From the human T2T-CHM13v2.0 reference genome, Homo sapiens, in the NCBI RefSeq assembly GCF_009914755.1, contig NC_060935.1: a stretch of 64,000 nucleotides of DNA. One strand, 5' to 3'. Positions 35,029 through 56,575 of this stretch are shown here, piece by piece. The notes under the pieces were generated by a model that ran no database searches, was not told the origin of the DNA, and saw nothing but the letters and a program-made list of their open reading frames with translations. Made by a program: the position numbers and the translations under genes. Every line of letters begins with the position of its first letter. Position 1 is the first letter of the stretch.

Positions 35029-36603
35029 TTATAAGTATATAATAGGTAACAATTCCCGCTATAGACATGAATCTACTTATATAAACAACTAATGAGACAG
35101 GGTACCATATTTTTAATTGTAACTTGATTTAGAGTGTTGGGGTAAATCTATATATCCCAGAGTGTGAGGCTCCCTCGTTAGTATCTCTCTGTGTTACATG
35201 AGTATTTCCCTCCACTGGAAAACCTCTGTTCACTCTACAAACAGTTAAGTGAGCTGAACTTACATCTCCAAATAGCCTCTATCTGGGAGTTCCAGCATAG
35301 GGTTTTGTTGAACAATATTGGGGGTCATGGATTATTAAGATGGTGGATTTTGGAATACAATATACGCAGAAGCAAATTGCAGTAGCTATATTAGGTATTG
35401 GCTGTATGATCTTGGCCAATCATTTTATTCTATCTTAGTTTTCTTCTGTTTCTTAAATGGATATATTAAACATAATATTGTGCATGTTCAAAAATCATTT
35501 AGCCCGGTTTCTCGAATGATGAATGGAACCTGTTTTTTCATTTATAGACATTGATGTGTAATCCTGAACTTGAAATTAGGAAAAGAGACACTGTCAGCTT
35601 CTCAGGAACGTTTGGCAATATTCACCTATCCCTTAACTCCGGTTGGAAAAAGTGGGCTTAAGACCCTGGGTAAGATCAGGGAATGTAATTATTAGTAACC
35701 TTCACATAGACTACTTCCAAATAAATTGAACTGTAAAAAACATATATTACAAAATGATGTTATCTTAGTCCCAAAAAGGCAGAGAGGTAGATGGAAAGAG
35801 GCTCTAGGGAAAATGCTATCAGATGAGTTTTGGGAAACCTGTAAAAGCATATCAACTTTCTTCATCAGTGAGAAATATCTTAACCCACCATGTCTGCCTA
35901 TCAGGAAGGAACTGGTTGAAAAACAGTACAAGAGGCTCAATCTGTAAAAAACAGAAGGAAGAGAGAGAGCCAAGATCAATTTTTGGCTCTAACACTAAAC
36001 AGTGCGTAAAAGGTGCCCAGAGAAAACAGCTCATTTCCTCTTGTTATTTGGTGGCCCTATATAAAATTTTTGGATTGGAATCTGTTTTGTGCTGCTGTAA
36101 GGCCTTGTCCTGGGGATAGATTTAGGCTGGGCAGAAGGAGGGCTGGCAATTGGTCTATATGAGAATGTTAAGAGTGGTTTCTTACATGGTATGCTATTGT
36201 TCAATGATTTTTTTTTTTTTTTTTTTTTTTTAGAGACAAGTGTCCTAGGATAGACAATGGTGCTGCCATGTTTTGCCATTTGTAAATAAATTGATATTTT
36301 ATCTAACATGATTCTATGGATATGGCAACAGACCTGAATAAGAGCCGATGCCCTGTTAGATTCCAGACATTTTGCTAAGACACAGAACAGAAAATATGAA
36401 TTGCTATAAATGCTGTCCTTCAGAAGTTCATGTGCAAAAAGGGAGAGAGGAGAGAAAGATCCACTTAGGCAAATAGAAGATGTTACTAGAACGTACAGAG
36501 TTTTTCTGGCATGAGCAGGTACCATGAGAAATCAACAATTAAACTGGAAAATTTGAACTGGAATTCCAAATCCTATACGAGAGTAAGAAAGTGAATAAAG
36601 CCG

Positions 36604-44583
<7,980 letters not shown>

Positions 44584-45149
44584 TTAATCCATGAAACAAA
44601 CTCTTGAGGTAAGCAATACCCTTTTTTAAAGCTGTAAGCGTCTTTACATAACAAAAATAAGAACAATTTGCCCAAGGCCACTTAGCCACGAGAATATAGA
44701 CCTGGGATTTAAACCCAGCCTGGCTTGACTTTAGTATCTGTGCTCTTCCTACTTGGCTTAAACTGTCTGTCTTAGCCATGGGAGGTGTGAAATTAATGAA
44801 TACTATCTTCCAAATGATTACGTATTTGTTCTTGAGATAGAAAACATGGAGCATTAATTGGTGGTGCAGTTCTATGTAGCTATCTCTACATAACCATTTT
44901 TTTTTTAAACCTAGACACAAGAAATAACTTCTTTACACCTCACACTCCAGACCCTGGAAATCACCTATTTCCAGGTCTCTGGTATCACCTGATATCTTGG
45001 GCTCATCTTCTATTAGAGTTTGTAGCTTTAGGAAGATGTCTACTTCTTTTAGAATTCCTCTCTGAAGGGAGGATGATACTCTGAATATGGAGTATCACAC
45101 TTGATTATCTTAGGTTTTATTACAGAATAAAGACTCTTGCTTCCAGAGG

Positions 45150-45565
45150 TGTTATGGCCTGAATTGTGTTCCCCTCAAAGTTTATATGTTGAAGTCCTAA
45201 GCGCCAGGACCTCAGAATGTGACATATTTGGAGACAGGTTCTTTAAAGAGTAGTTAAATTGAAATGAGATATTCAGGGTGGACCCTAACTCAATATGAGT
45301 AATATTCTTATAAGAAGAGGAGTTCAGGACACAGACATGTACAGAAGGAAGACTATGTGAAGACAAAAAGAAAACAGCCATTTATAAGCCAATAAGAGAG
45401 GCCTGGAACAGATCCTTCCCTTACAGTCCTCAGAAGAAACCAACCCTGCTAAAGCCTTGATTTTAGGCTTGCTATAGCCTCCAGAACTATGAAAAAATAA
45501 ATTTTTATTGTTTAAGCCACCCAGTCTGTGGTACTTTGTTATCGCAGTCGTAGCAAACTAATATA
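45150..45565 (+). mobile_element. MLT1A/B (MaLR) solo LTR
   Basis: TGTTATGG..CTGAATTGTGTTCCCC start and TTTAAGCCACCCAGTCTGTGGTACTTTGTTAT...AAACTAATA end. Confidence 0.88.
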
Positions 45566-45807
45566 AATAGGATGAAAATTAGCAGTCTGAGAAACACCAA
45601 AATTCCCAGTTAAGGATAACCAAGACATTTGGAATTATGTTGTCTCCTCAAAGCAAAATGCAGCAATTTCTCAAGGAGAATTTAAAATCCCAGGTGATAC
45701 ATGAGCCTCAGACCCACAGGTATCTCTCTCCTCTTCAGATAAATCTAAAGGGAGAATAACGAAAAAAGATTGACCATACTAATTGACAAGATTGAAAATA
45801 AATGCAT

Positions 45808-46108
45808 GGCCAGGCATGGTGGCTCACTCCTGTAATCCCAGCATTTTGGGAGGCCGAGGAGGGCAGATGACCTAAGGTTGGGAGTTCAAGACCAGCCTGA
45901 CCAACATGGTGAAACCCCATCTCTACTAAAAATACAAAATTAGCTGGGCTTGATGGAGCATGCCTGTAATCCCAGCTACTTGGGAGGCTGAGGCAGGCGA
46001 ACCGCTTGAACCCAGTGAGCCGATCACGCCATTGCACTCCACCCTGGGCAACAAGAGTGAAACTCCATCTCAAAATAAATAAATAAATAAAATAAAAATA
46101 AAAAATAA
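45808..46108 (+). mobile_element. AluSp/Sq-like with a small right-arm deletion
   Basis: TSD AAAATAAATGCAT. Confidence 0.92.
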
Positions 46109-46326
46109 ATGCATGCCATTGTATCTGTAGAGACTTTGAGGAGGACAGAGCAGGCTTGGGTTCCACATTCATGGGGGAAGGAGGGGCAGTGGTTGGGAAA
46201 GGTGTACCTGAAGATATGTGTGTGGAGAAATATAGGACTCTGTTATGGCAGTGTTTTCCAAACTTGTCTGACCACAATGTCTAAAACAAACATATTAAAT
46301 CAGAATTGCCAAAAGAGTGAGCCTGT

Positions 46327-49300
46327 TGAGGGGGATAAAGCAACTCCTTGGCTGCTAATTCACCATGTTTGTAACCAGCAAAAAGGGTCTGGCTGCTCAC
46401 TGAACTTCTTTCTTAAGGAATGACGTCAAAATAATAATGCATTATGATAAGAAAGAAGGATATTCCTTTATTATCCGTGCTAGGTAAGGGGAAGAGTACA
46501 GAGCAATTCAACTCTTCGATTTGTGGAGGGTAAGCAGGGTTTTTTAAAGGAAGGGTTTGGAATACAGAAGAGAGAAGGGGCTAAGAGGTGCCAGGTGGCA
46601 TGACTTGCTCCGATGTCTCATCTTGAATTATTTTGTCTCATTTGGTGAAGGGGTTGGCACCATCGTGGATCCTGCCAGGTTATAAATTAGTTGCAGTACG
46701 TCTTATAGTCACCTGGAGTGGATTCCATCCTTGAAGTAATCTTTTACTGGAGAAAATTCTGGAAGTGCCTGGTGCCTATAAGGATCTGACCCATGAAGCT
46801 TCCAAGGAAAGGCAGGACCGGATAAGAGAGCATGGTGTGTGCTTAACAAGCATGTAGGTAAATAAATATGCATAAGGCATGGGAGCATAGTATGGGAAAT
46901 GAAAGGGAGTGGAGGTTCACAGCACATTTTGAGCCTGGATTTAAAGATGAGAGGTAACACATATGCAGTTTGTCTCAAAGTTATATCTTCAGACTGGGAT
47001 GGGAAAGAGGAAAGAAAAGAAAAAACATTTAAAATGCAGCTTGAGCCTATGTTGTTGGGCTGCTAGGCTGCTTGGTTGCATGTTGACTTCTGATTGACCC
47101 CTGTTCTGGGAATGCCTCTAAGATTTCTACTTTATCTACTGTTACTATAAATCCTGCCTTGAAGGAGACTTACACAGTGTTCTTGCCTTTCCCTGGTGAA
47201 TCGACTTCAATTGTCCTATTGTTACCAATCACAGGTTCTTAGACTCTCATGTAATAGAAAGTGGCATGAGGCCCAACAAGTTTCCCAGTCAAGGCCTTTA
47301 TTAAGGGCTTGTGTTGGAACAAAAGGGAGCCAGCACTGGAGTTAAAGGTTTCATGCTGTCTCCCTAAAGGCTGTGCATTGTGGTGCCTTAATACATTTAT
47401 GCCTCATGCTCCATTATTGGAATGCTAAGAGTGTGGGAGTTTTTCGTATCCTATTGCTCAAGGTCATCACCAAGGTCTGATTGCAAAAATTCAAAAAATT
47501 GCAACCTCAGGCATAAGCGGGTTAAGGAGAGTGACATGCATAATTCATGAGATAGGTGAGTATCACCACATGTGTGGGATGCAGTGCAGGGTGCATGAAT
47601 CTAGTAAGGAGTAATGCTAACACATACATGACATGATTAGAAAATGGCAAATAAGGCTCTCCCTGGGTAGGGATTTTAGTATTATAATGAGGCAAAGGTA
47701 AAGACCAGTCATCCTTCTGGTGTTGTGCACATGAGGGTGATAGGGTTAACTTCTTTGAGTGAAATCTATTTTGGAAGGCCATTTGTTTTAGCTTTTCAAA
47801 GGTCCTCCAATCAGAGGACCTTGCATGAAATGTATGGGACAGGGTCGGAGCATGGCTTATCTTGGCTTGTAAGGTTTTTCCATCAAGAGGGCTGCTCTAG
47901 AAGAAGTGAGAGTGCAAGGTCTTGTCAATGAAAAGATATCTTGTCAACTGCAAAATATTTTAAATTTGTTCTGAGCCAAGTATGAGAACCAATGATCCAT
48001 GACACAGCCTCCCAGGGGGTCTTGAGAACATGTGCCCAAGGTGATTGGGATACAGCTTGGTTTTATATCTTTTGGGGAGGCATATGACATCAGGCAATAC
48101 ATGTAACATGTACGTTGATTCAGACCAAAAAGGTGGGAACACTTGAAGGAGAGAATTCAAAGATTTTCTGATTGGCAATTTGGTTGAAAGAGTTTATTAC
48201 CTAAAGACTTGGAATCAATAGAAGGGAGTGTCTGGGTTAAGATAAGGGGTTGTGGAGATCAAGATGCTTATGCAGATGAAGCCTCCAGGTAGCATGCTTC
48301 AGAGAGAATAGACTGTAAAAGTTTATCAGACTTTAAAAGGTGCCACACTCTTAGTTAATTCTCTCCTGAACGAGGAAAAAGACTGGGAAAGGGAAGGGGA
48401 TTCTCTACAGAATGTAGATTTTTCTCCACAAGAGACAGCTTTATAGGGCCATGTCAAAATATGTAAAATATGTTAAAGAAATATATTTTGGGATAAGATA
48501 CTTCAATTTCTTTCAGGGCTTGCTGGCTTTTGTAAACCAGAGGTATCTGAGACAGATTTCAATCAATTTAGGAGTTTATTTTGCCAAAATTAAGGATATA
48601 CTCATGACACAACCCCAGGGGTTCCTGAAAACATAGGTCCAAGGTGGTTGGGCTACAGCTTGGTTTTATACATTTTAGGGAGACATAAGACATCAATCAA
48701 TATATGTAAGATGTATATTGGCTTGGTCCAGAAAGGCAAGACAACTTGGAGCAGGGATGGGGGATGGAAAAGGGAGAAGGAGGGGTGTTGGTTGGGAGTC
48801 TTCCAGGTAGTAGGTAGATTCAGTGATTTTCTGATTGCCAATTGGTTAAAAGAGTTTATCTAAAGACCTGGAATCAGTAGAAGGCAGTGGCTGGATTAAG
48901 ATAAGGTGTTGTAGAGACCAAGGTTTTTATTACGTAGATGAGGCCTCCAGGTAGCAGGCTTCAGAGAGAATAGATTGTGTTTCTTTAGACTTTGCAAGGT
49001 GCCAGAATATTCCTTGATTCTCTCTTAGATCAGGAAAAAGAGCTGGAAAAAGAAAGGGATTGTCTACAGAATGTAGATTTTCCCCACAAGAGACAGATTT
49101 GCAGGGCCATTTCAAGAAACATCAAGGAAATATATTTTGGGGTAAAATACTTTGATTTCTTTCAGGGCCTGCTATCTGTCATGTTGGCATTTTATTGCTA
49201 CAAAGAGTCTGCTTTGCCAGTCTTAAGGTCACTGTTTTAATGTGAATGTTGGTCAGTTGTGCCTGAATTCCAAAGGGAGGAGGGTATAATGAGGCATATC

Positions 49301-50303
49301 CAACCAGTCTTTCCAATCATGGCCTGAATTTGTGTTTTAGGCTAACTTTTGAATGTCCTTGGCCAAAAAGAGTGGTCTATTCAGTTATTTGTGGGGTGAG
49401 AGGGAAGCTTAGAATTTTATTTTTGGTTTATGCTGTCATGTGATTCTATACTAGAGAGGGTTGGAATTTGGTGTCTTATTGCTACAGAGAGTCTGTTTTG
49501 TCATTCTCAAGGTCTCTGTATTAAATGTTAATGCTGGTCAGTTGTGCTTGAATTTCAAAGGGAGGAGATTATAATGAGGCCTGTCCTACCTCCCTTCCCA
49601 TCACAGCCTGAACTAGACTTTCAGGTTTATTTTGGAATACCCTTGGCCAAGAAGTGAGATCTGTAAGTCAGTTGGGGAACTTAGGATTTTATTTTTGGTT
49701 TACAGTCTGGATGGTCTAGTTGTGATCTCCAGCAGCTATAGGGCCTTTACCAGTTCGTAGTACAGGCCTTGGTGGGGTGGGGCATGCTGGGGCTTCTTTA
49801 TTGAAGGTTATGGAGGAGGTGATGCAGGCACTCTTGGCCAAATTGAAATAGGGAAGTTGCAGGTTGAAGCCTCTGCCCTTTGTTGCCCGACAGTGCTAGG
49901 CCAGCCAGCAGCAGCAGTGTGGAGCCTTGGGGGCCACCTGCTCTGCCATGAGCACTGCATTCTGCCCTCTCCCTGGGCTGTGTCCCAGCACCCCAGGGGC
50001 AGCATGCAGGACCAGCAGGTCTGAAAAAAAATGCATTAGTGGGATTGGGAGTGCCGAGTCCCATTCCTATTGTGTCTTTGTACACATTCATTCCCTATAG
50101 TATATAAACCCTGAGTCTGGGGGCAATGGCACAGCAATCCATCATCTTGTCACTTTGCTGTATGTGACATAGTCATGGCTTCTGTTCTTAAGTCTCTATT
50201 AAATGATTCTTTCTGATAAACTGGATATGTCAGTCTCTTTCTTTGGCCTCTCAGATTTCTCGAAGTTTGGGGATAGGATTGCACAGACTATCGCCACGGA
50301 ACA
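46327..50303. mobile_element. Nested LTR cluster (LTR47-like host with four LTR insertions and a MER85)
   Basis: TSDs: CCTGT (host), TGTT (46370-47080), GTCT (47923-49704) and CTKT (48531-49432). The two innermost elements are MER4-type LTRs. Confidence 0.8.
47392..47521 (+). mobile_element. MER85 piggyBac-family MITE
   Basis: TTAA TSDs at 47388-47391 and 47522-47525; decayed TIRs (CATTTATGCC...GGCATAAGCGGG); internal GCTCCATTATTGGAAT. Confidence 0.92.
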
Positions 50304-50972
50304 CCTGTCTAGTTTAAGAAACACTGAGTGTGGTCAATGCCAATTCAGGCAACTGAAATTCTGATACACAAATGATCTGCCTATCACTAGGAACCCCCTC
50401 TAATAATGACATAGAGTAGAAAAATTGACTCACAAGTGATCTTGATGTTCTGGTGCTGATATTTTGGAAAAGCCTTTCCTTCTCCAAATACTTTTTCTTT
50501 TCTTTCTCTAGGTACTCTAGACTATGATTGGTATTAAATGCTTCCTTTTAGGAATAATGAGGTATTTAATTATATTTTTAAAGAGGACAATATTGTTTTG
50601 TTTTGCTGCCATATAGCTTCTTCATTCTGAGGAGCTTATCTGTGACCATATCTCTCCCATTTACTTCTAAAATTAAATAATTACCCTATTAATTCTTCAG
50701 ACAATTATTGCATGCTCATCTGTGCCAGCTGTATAAGTTTTATAAGTTATTAAAAGTCACACATATAAGACAACATCTCTTTTGAGAAGCTGGCAATCCA
50801 AAGGAGCCCAAAGACACAAAGCAGAGTAAATCCAGAGCAAGTTCTAAGTGTTCAGGAAGAGTTGCCTTGATATTTGGACCTCTGGGTGCTGTAACAGTCA
50901 TGAAAATCCATGTGGAAGAAGCAAAACTGTTGAAGTGTGAAATGAGATGCACACCTGAGAAGACCTGACTAA

Positions 50973-51347
<375 letters not shown>

Positions 51348-52377
51348 CATACTGTTCTTACCATGTAGAAATGGCCAAGCTTGTTTATACTTCTGCCTTC
51401 CTCAGTCATCTGATGTGGCCTGCCTGGGAGGTTTTGACATGAGTTGAAGCATGTATCTAAATTTGAGGCAGACCAATACAGAGTTTGCTCACTGCATTCC
51501 TCACCACTGGGAAGTAAGTCTTTCCTTGAAGGGGCACCTGGGCAGCATATCTTCATATTCACCTGAAGATCTAGCCTGAAAATGGCACGTGACAAGGGCA
51601 TGCCAAGGGCACTGGGTGATTGAGCCATAAAGGAGAGACTTGACCCCGGGTGGAAGAGTGAACTCTTAATTTTCCATTTTGTAATCTTCTGTTTCAGTTT
51701 TAGAAACATTGGTGCACTTCTCGAACTCACTTTTGAATTCCGAATTTGAAAATAAGCCTGACTGTGGGCCTGAGAATGCAATTTCAGTATTCTCAATCTT
51801 ATCTGAGAAACCAGTAGAAAACTGGGAAATTTCACTCAGTCAGAGAGGAACAGATCTTCATATTATTTTTCCTTGGAAATTCATGTTTTTCTCTTCTCTG
51901 GTGGATAACCACCATATTGAAGAATAATGTTTCTGTAAGTTGCCAATTGCATTCTTGTTCTATCATTGTTTGTGACAGGAGATTAATGTGAAAATGAACT
52001 ACTGTACTATTCTGTAGATGCTGTGTTAGAATGTCTTTGATAAAACCCTGAAACTTGCTGTTCTTGCCTTATCAACAAAGCTCTCCTATGGTGAGAGAAA
52101 AGTAGGTCACAGTGAAGTGGGTCAGAAAGACAAGAAATGGCAAGAGATTCTTGTTGGCTGTTCTAAATGTTTTTCATCCTGTTATCACCTAGGCTTATTT
52201 CAGGAGTCTTACCAAAAATGGGAGCTAACAAGTCCTATTTGTTGTAAAACTGGTTCAAGTTGGAAATATGTCACTCACAAAAAAATGACTCCTGAATGAT
52301 TTAAAAAATCAGTATGAAAAACCAAATTTTGAAAACACAGACCCTGAGAGGTAAAATCTGTGGCATCCAAGAGGATG

Positions 52378-52772
52378 TTGAGCATGTTCTTACTCACATG
52401 TGGGATCTAAAGAAACATTGAGTTCCTAGAATGAGAGAGTAGAATTGTGGTTATTAGAGGCTTGGATGAGTAGCAGGGAGGGGAGGTTAGGGAGAGATTG
52501 GTTAATGAATACAAAATTGCAGCTAGATAGGAAGAATATGTTCTAGTGTTCTTTAGCACTGTAGGGTGAATATAGTTAAGAATAATTTATTTTATATGTT
52601 TGAAAAAAGAATTTTGAATGTTCCCAATACAAAGAAATGATAAATGTTTGAGCTGATGGATATGCTTATTGCCTTTATTTGATTACTATACAATATACAC
52701 AGGTATGAAAATCTCACTCTGTTCCCCATAAATATGCATGATTATGTGTCAACTAAAAATAAAAGGAAGAAA
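52378..52772 (+). mobile_element. L1MA 3' UTR end
   Basis: GCATGTTCTTACTCACATGTGGGA...GTCAACTAAAAATAAAAGG. Confidence 0.88.
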
Positions 52773-53384
52773 AAGTGGATTGTGAGATTTTCTCCAGCAG
52801 ACAATATTGTTACACAATAAAAAAGGAATAATTCTAAACAGTGTTTATTGAGTCTTAGAACTTAACACATATGCCTATTATTCAGAAGATTTATAAAACC
52901 CAAATGAAAGATGACAGGATTCCAGAACAGCTTAGTTATTTATGGCATTTGGGGAAGCACTTAGAACAATAAAAAAGCTTTTCAAAGCAAGCTTAGTGAT
53001 TTAAAAGCCAAGATTAAATATTCAAATTAGAGAGACCCTGTCTACTTGGGACTACTACACTGCTAAAAGTTGGATAAACATTTAATACACTAAGTTGCAA
53101 ATAGAATGAGTTACTCCATGTTAAAGTAGAATTACAAGGAATGAGCCAGATAAACAACTTTCTCTCCTGTGTTCCATCTGCCTGTAATTTCTTCTGTAAA
53201 ATGTGTATAATAGAACCTATCTCATAAAGTCCCTGTGAGAAGTCACTGAGTTAATAAATGTAAACTATTTAGAAGAGTGCCTAGGGATGAGAATGTACCC
53301 AAAAAAACATTGAGTTCCTAGAAGAAGAGAGTAGCGTTTTGGTTATTAGAGGCTTGGATGGGTAGTAGGGAGGGGAAGATAGAG

Positions 53385-53430
53385 ACACACACATACACAC
53401 ACACAGACACACACACACACACACACACAC
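53385..53430. repeat. Interrupted (CA)n microsatellite
   Basis: Read directly from the sequence. Confidence 0.9.
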
Positions 53431-54219
53431 TTATTGCTATTCTAATTACCTGACAAAGGTAATAATCACATCTCTCTTTTAAAATAAAATCCACAAAGAT
53501 ATAGCCCAGAAGCAATGAGGAGATTACTATTGATTTCATTCATCAATTCACAAATTATTTATGAAGGGCTCCTTCCTAGGGCTCATTTTCACTCTGGAAG
53601 ACACAAACTTGAACAAGAAGTTCCCTGCCCTTAAAGTAGGCAAATCAGAAAATAAGCACGTTTAAAACTAAATGCATTCATACATGTATACACAAAGCAT
53701 AGATACAGTTATACATATATCATAAATATAATTTTAGGAAGTGAATAATACTGTGAAGAAAATCTATTTAAGTAATAGGATAGAGAGTAACCAGTAGATG
53801 GGGTAAGAGCCTGGTAACTGTGTGACTCTGGGCCTTTTGCTGAATCTTACTTTGCTTGTGTTCCCTCACCTGCAAATGGAGATAGTAACAGTATCTGTCT
53901 CACATCGTTGTGGGAAAAACTGCTGTCACAATATATGTATGAAACTCAGATATAATGATGGCAAAGTGATGATAATGTTGATGATAATGATGATAATGTA
54001 GTTAAAGCTCAAAATTATTATTATACAGTAGACAGAGAACCTGAGGAAGCGATGTGTGAGCTGAAATCTGCATTTTGAAAGCCATAGAGCCATAAATGAA
54101 AGTCTGAGGGAGAATCCTAAGCTGAAGGAACAAGAATTGCACACACCATAAAACCAGTCTGGTCCCTTCATTTGAAGGATAGAGAGACGATCTCAGAAGC
54201 TGTGTTGAGATTTTTACAT

Positions 54220-54753
54220 TGTACTAGTCAGGGTTCTCTAGAGGGACAGAACTAATAGGATAAATGTATATACATGAAGGAAAATTTATTAGGAGAATTG
54301 ACTTACATGATCACAAGGGCAGCCTGCAAGCTGAGGAGCCAGGAAGCCAGTCCGGGTCCCAAAATCTCAGAAGTAGGGAAGCTGATAATGCGATTTCAGT
54401 CTTTGGCCGAAGGCCTGCGAGCCCCTGGCAAATCACTAGTGTTAAGTCTAAGAATCCAAAAACTGAAGAACTTGGAGTCTGATGTTCGAGGGCAGGAAGT
54501 ATCCAACAAAAGAGTAAGATGGAGGCCAGAAGACTTAGCCAGTCTAGTCTTTCCACGTTCCTCCACCTGCTTTATTCTAGCTGAACTGGCAGCTGATTAG
54601 ATGGTGCCCACCCAGATTGAGGGTGAGTCTGCCTCTCCCAGTCCACTGACTAAATTGTTAATCTCTTTTGGCAACCCCCTCACAGACACACCCAGGAAAA
54701 ATACTTTGCATCCTTCAATCCAATCAAGTTGACACTCAATATTAACCGTCATA
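54220..54753 (-). mobile_element. MLT2 (HERV-L) solo LTR
   Basis: TGTACTAGTCAGGGTTCTCTAGAG...ATTAACCGTCATA with a 5-bp TSD TACAT. Confidence 0.92.
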
Positions 54754-55496
54754 TACATCTGTCATTAGATTTATACCTATTTTATATTTTTGATGCCTCT
54801 GTAAATTGTATAATATTTAATATTAAGATTATTATTAGTATATAGAGACAATTTTGTATTGGCATTGAAGTATTGGATCATGTCTTCTGCTAATTAGTAT
54901 TTCTTTCCAATTAATATATTCTATATTTAAATTAATATTTATTTATTCATTATTTATTTATTTATTTTTAGAGACAAGGTCTTACTCTGTTGCCCAGACT
55001 TCATTGCAGTGGTGCAAGCATGGCTTCCTGTAGCTTAAACTCCTGGGCTCAATCCATCCTCTCGCCTCAGCCTTCAAAGTATCTTTATAATTTATTTTTA
55101 GAGCAGTTTTAGATTTATAGAAAAACTAAGCAGAGAACAGAGAGTTCCCCAATACTCCTCTGCCCTCGACAGTTTCCTCTTTTATTAGCATCTTGCAATT
55201 GTGTGGTATATTTGCCACACTTGATAAACCACAGTTATAGGGTAGTTAGGATGACAAAAATAGCATTAAAAAAAAAAAGACATTTTATACACCACTGAAT
55301 CATACAGCTGAATGGGAACCTACTCTGATTTCTTTTTCTTTTTTACACTTAATTATTTACCAGATTTGAGTCCCTCTTTCAAAATAGCCTCCTTTTCCTA
55401 TGAGAAAGTACAAAATGAACTTTTCAGGATGATTCTGTCATCTCCAAGTTCAATGGATAGCATGTCTCTAAGGATAAGTGAATACAGCAAAATTTA

Positions 55497-55905
55497 GTTC
55501 AGAGAACCCTGAGGGTCCCCAAGACCTTTTCATGGTCCACGATATCAAAACTATTTTCACAATAATGCTAAAACATTACTTACCCTTTTTACTCTTCTTG
55601 TCTCACAAGTGAATTGTCAAATATTTTAGAAGCTACCTTAACTATTGTATTACAACAGATTAAACAATGAATCACAATAAGAATCTAGATGTTTTCTAGA
55701 AAACTTATTATATGTTATTAAATGTTATTTAACATGTAATTGGTTTATTACTATCTTTAATAAACATTTTATAATGTCTCATTATTAAGTTCTAATACAG
55801 TAGATAACTGTTAGATACAACTTACAAAACCAAAAGCTTTTGGGGACCTTCAATAATTTTTAAGAGTGAAAACTTTTAAGATCGAACCATTTGAGAATTG
55901 CTGAG
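55497..55905. mobile_element. hAT-Charlie1-like DNA transposon remnant
   Basis: GGTCCCCAAGACCTTT...CAAAACTATTTTCACAATAATGCT resembles Charlie1 termini. Diverged. Confidence 0.55.
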
Positions 55906-56575
55906 ATAATCAATTAAGTCTGTCCCACTGACCATATTGATTGATTCAGGCAAACATGGACCAGAGTTTGAAATGCTTGGACAAGAGGTTTTCTTTTCCT
56001 CTATTATGTGGAACACACATCTGAGGGCTAGACCTCTGAAATCTTTGGTGATTTTAAAAAGGCATTCAGCCTGAGGATGAAGCCACCACTCAGAGAAGAG
56101 CAGAATTCAGAAGTGTAGGGAATTGGATGTGGAGCACTTGTCATACCTTGAATTTCTGCAGCAAACTATTCTTAAGATCTGTCCTACTTGTGAGCTTTTA
56201 CATGTGTAAGCCAGCAGTTACCCATTGTTTGGTTTGTGATCGTCTTACAGAATTCAGTGATAATGAGAAAATGGTTAGATGAGCGAGGTGAAAGAAAGAG
56301 ATGACTGAGATTGCCAGGCTACAAATTCCAGGGGGTTGCCTGGTACCTAAGCATTTTGGGGAAGGTGGGGAAGCAAGTATAAGTCAATTAAATAAAAATA
56401 GCAGATTTCTTCTTCTTCCTCTCATAAGTGGATTTTATTTCATTTTTAAAAATAGTTCACTGAAGGTGGTGGAAAAAAGCATAAGCCCATTTACAATTCA
56501 GCCACTTACATAGCATGATCAACCAAAGAAGGAAAAAGACAAAAATCTATGTTTATATAATTGGGTCATTTAATC

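Noticed and set aside
36031-36525. 164-aa minus-strand ORF
   Set aside because: Runs through a poly-T tract, has no recognisable domain and no splice support.
47923-49704. Apparent ~600-bp segmental duplication
   Set aside because: Explained by one MER4-type LTR inserted into a related one, each with its own termini and TSD.
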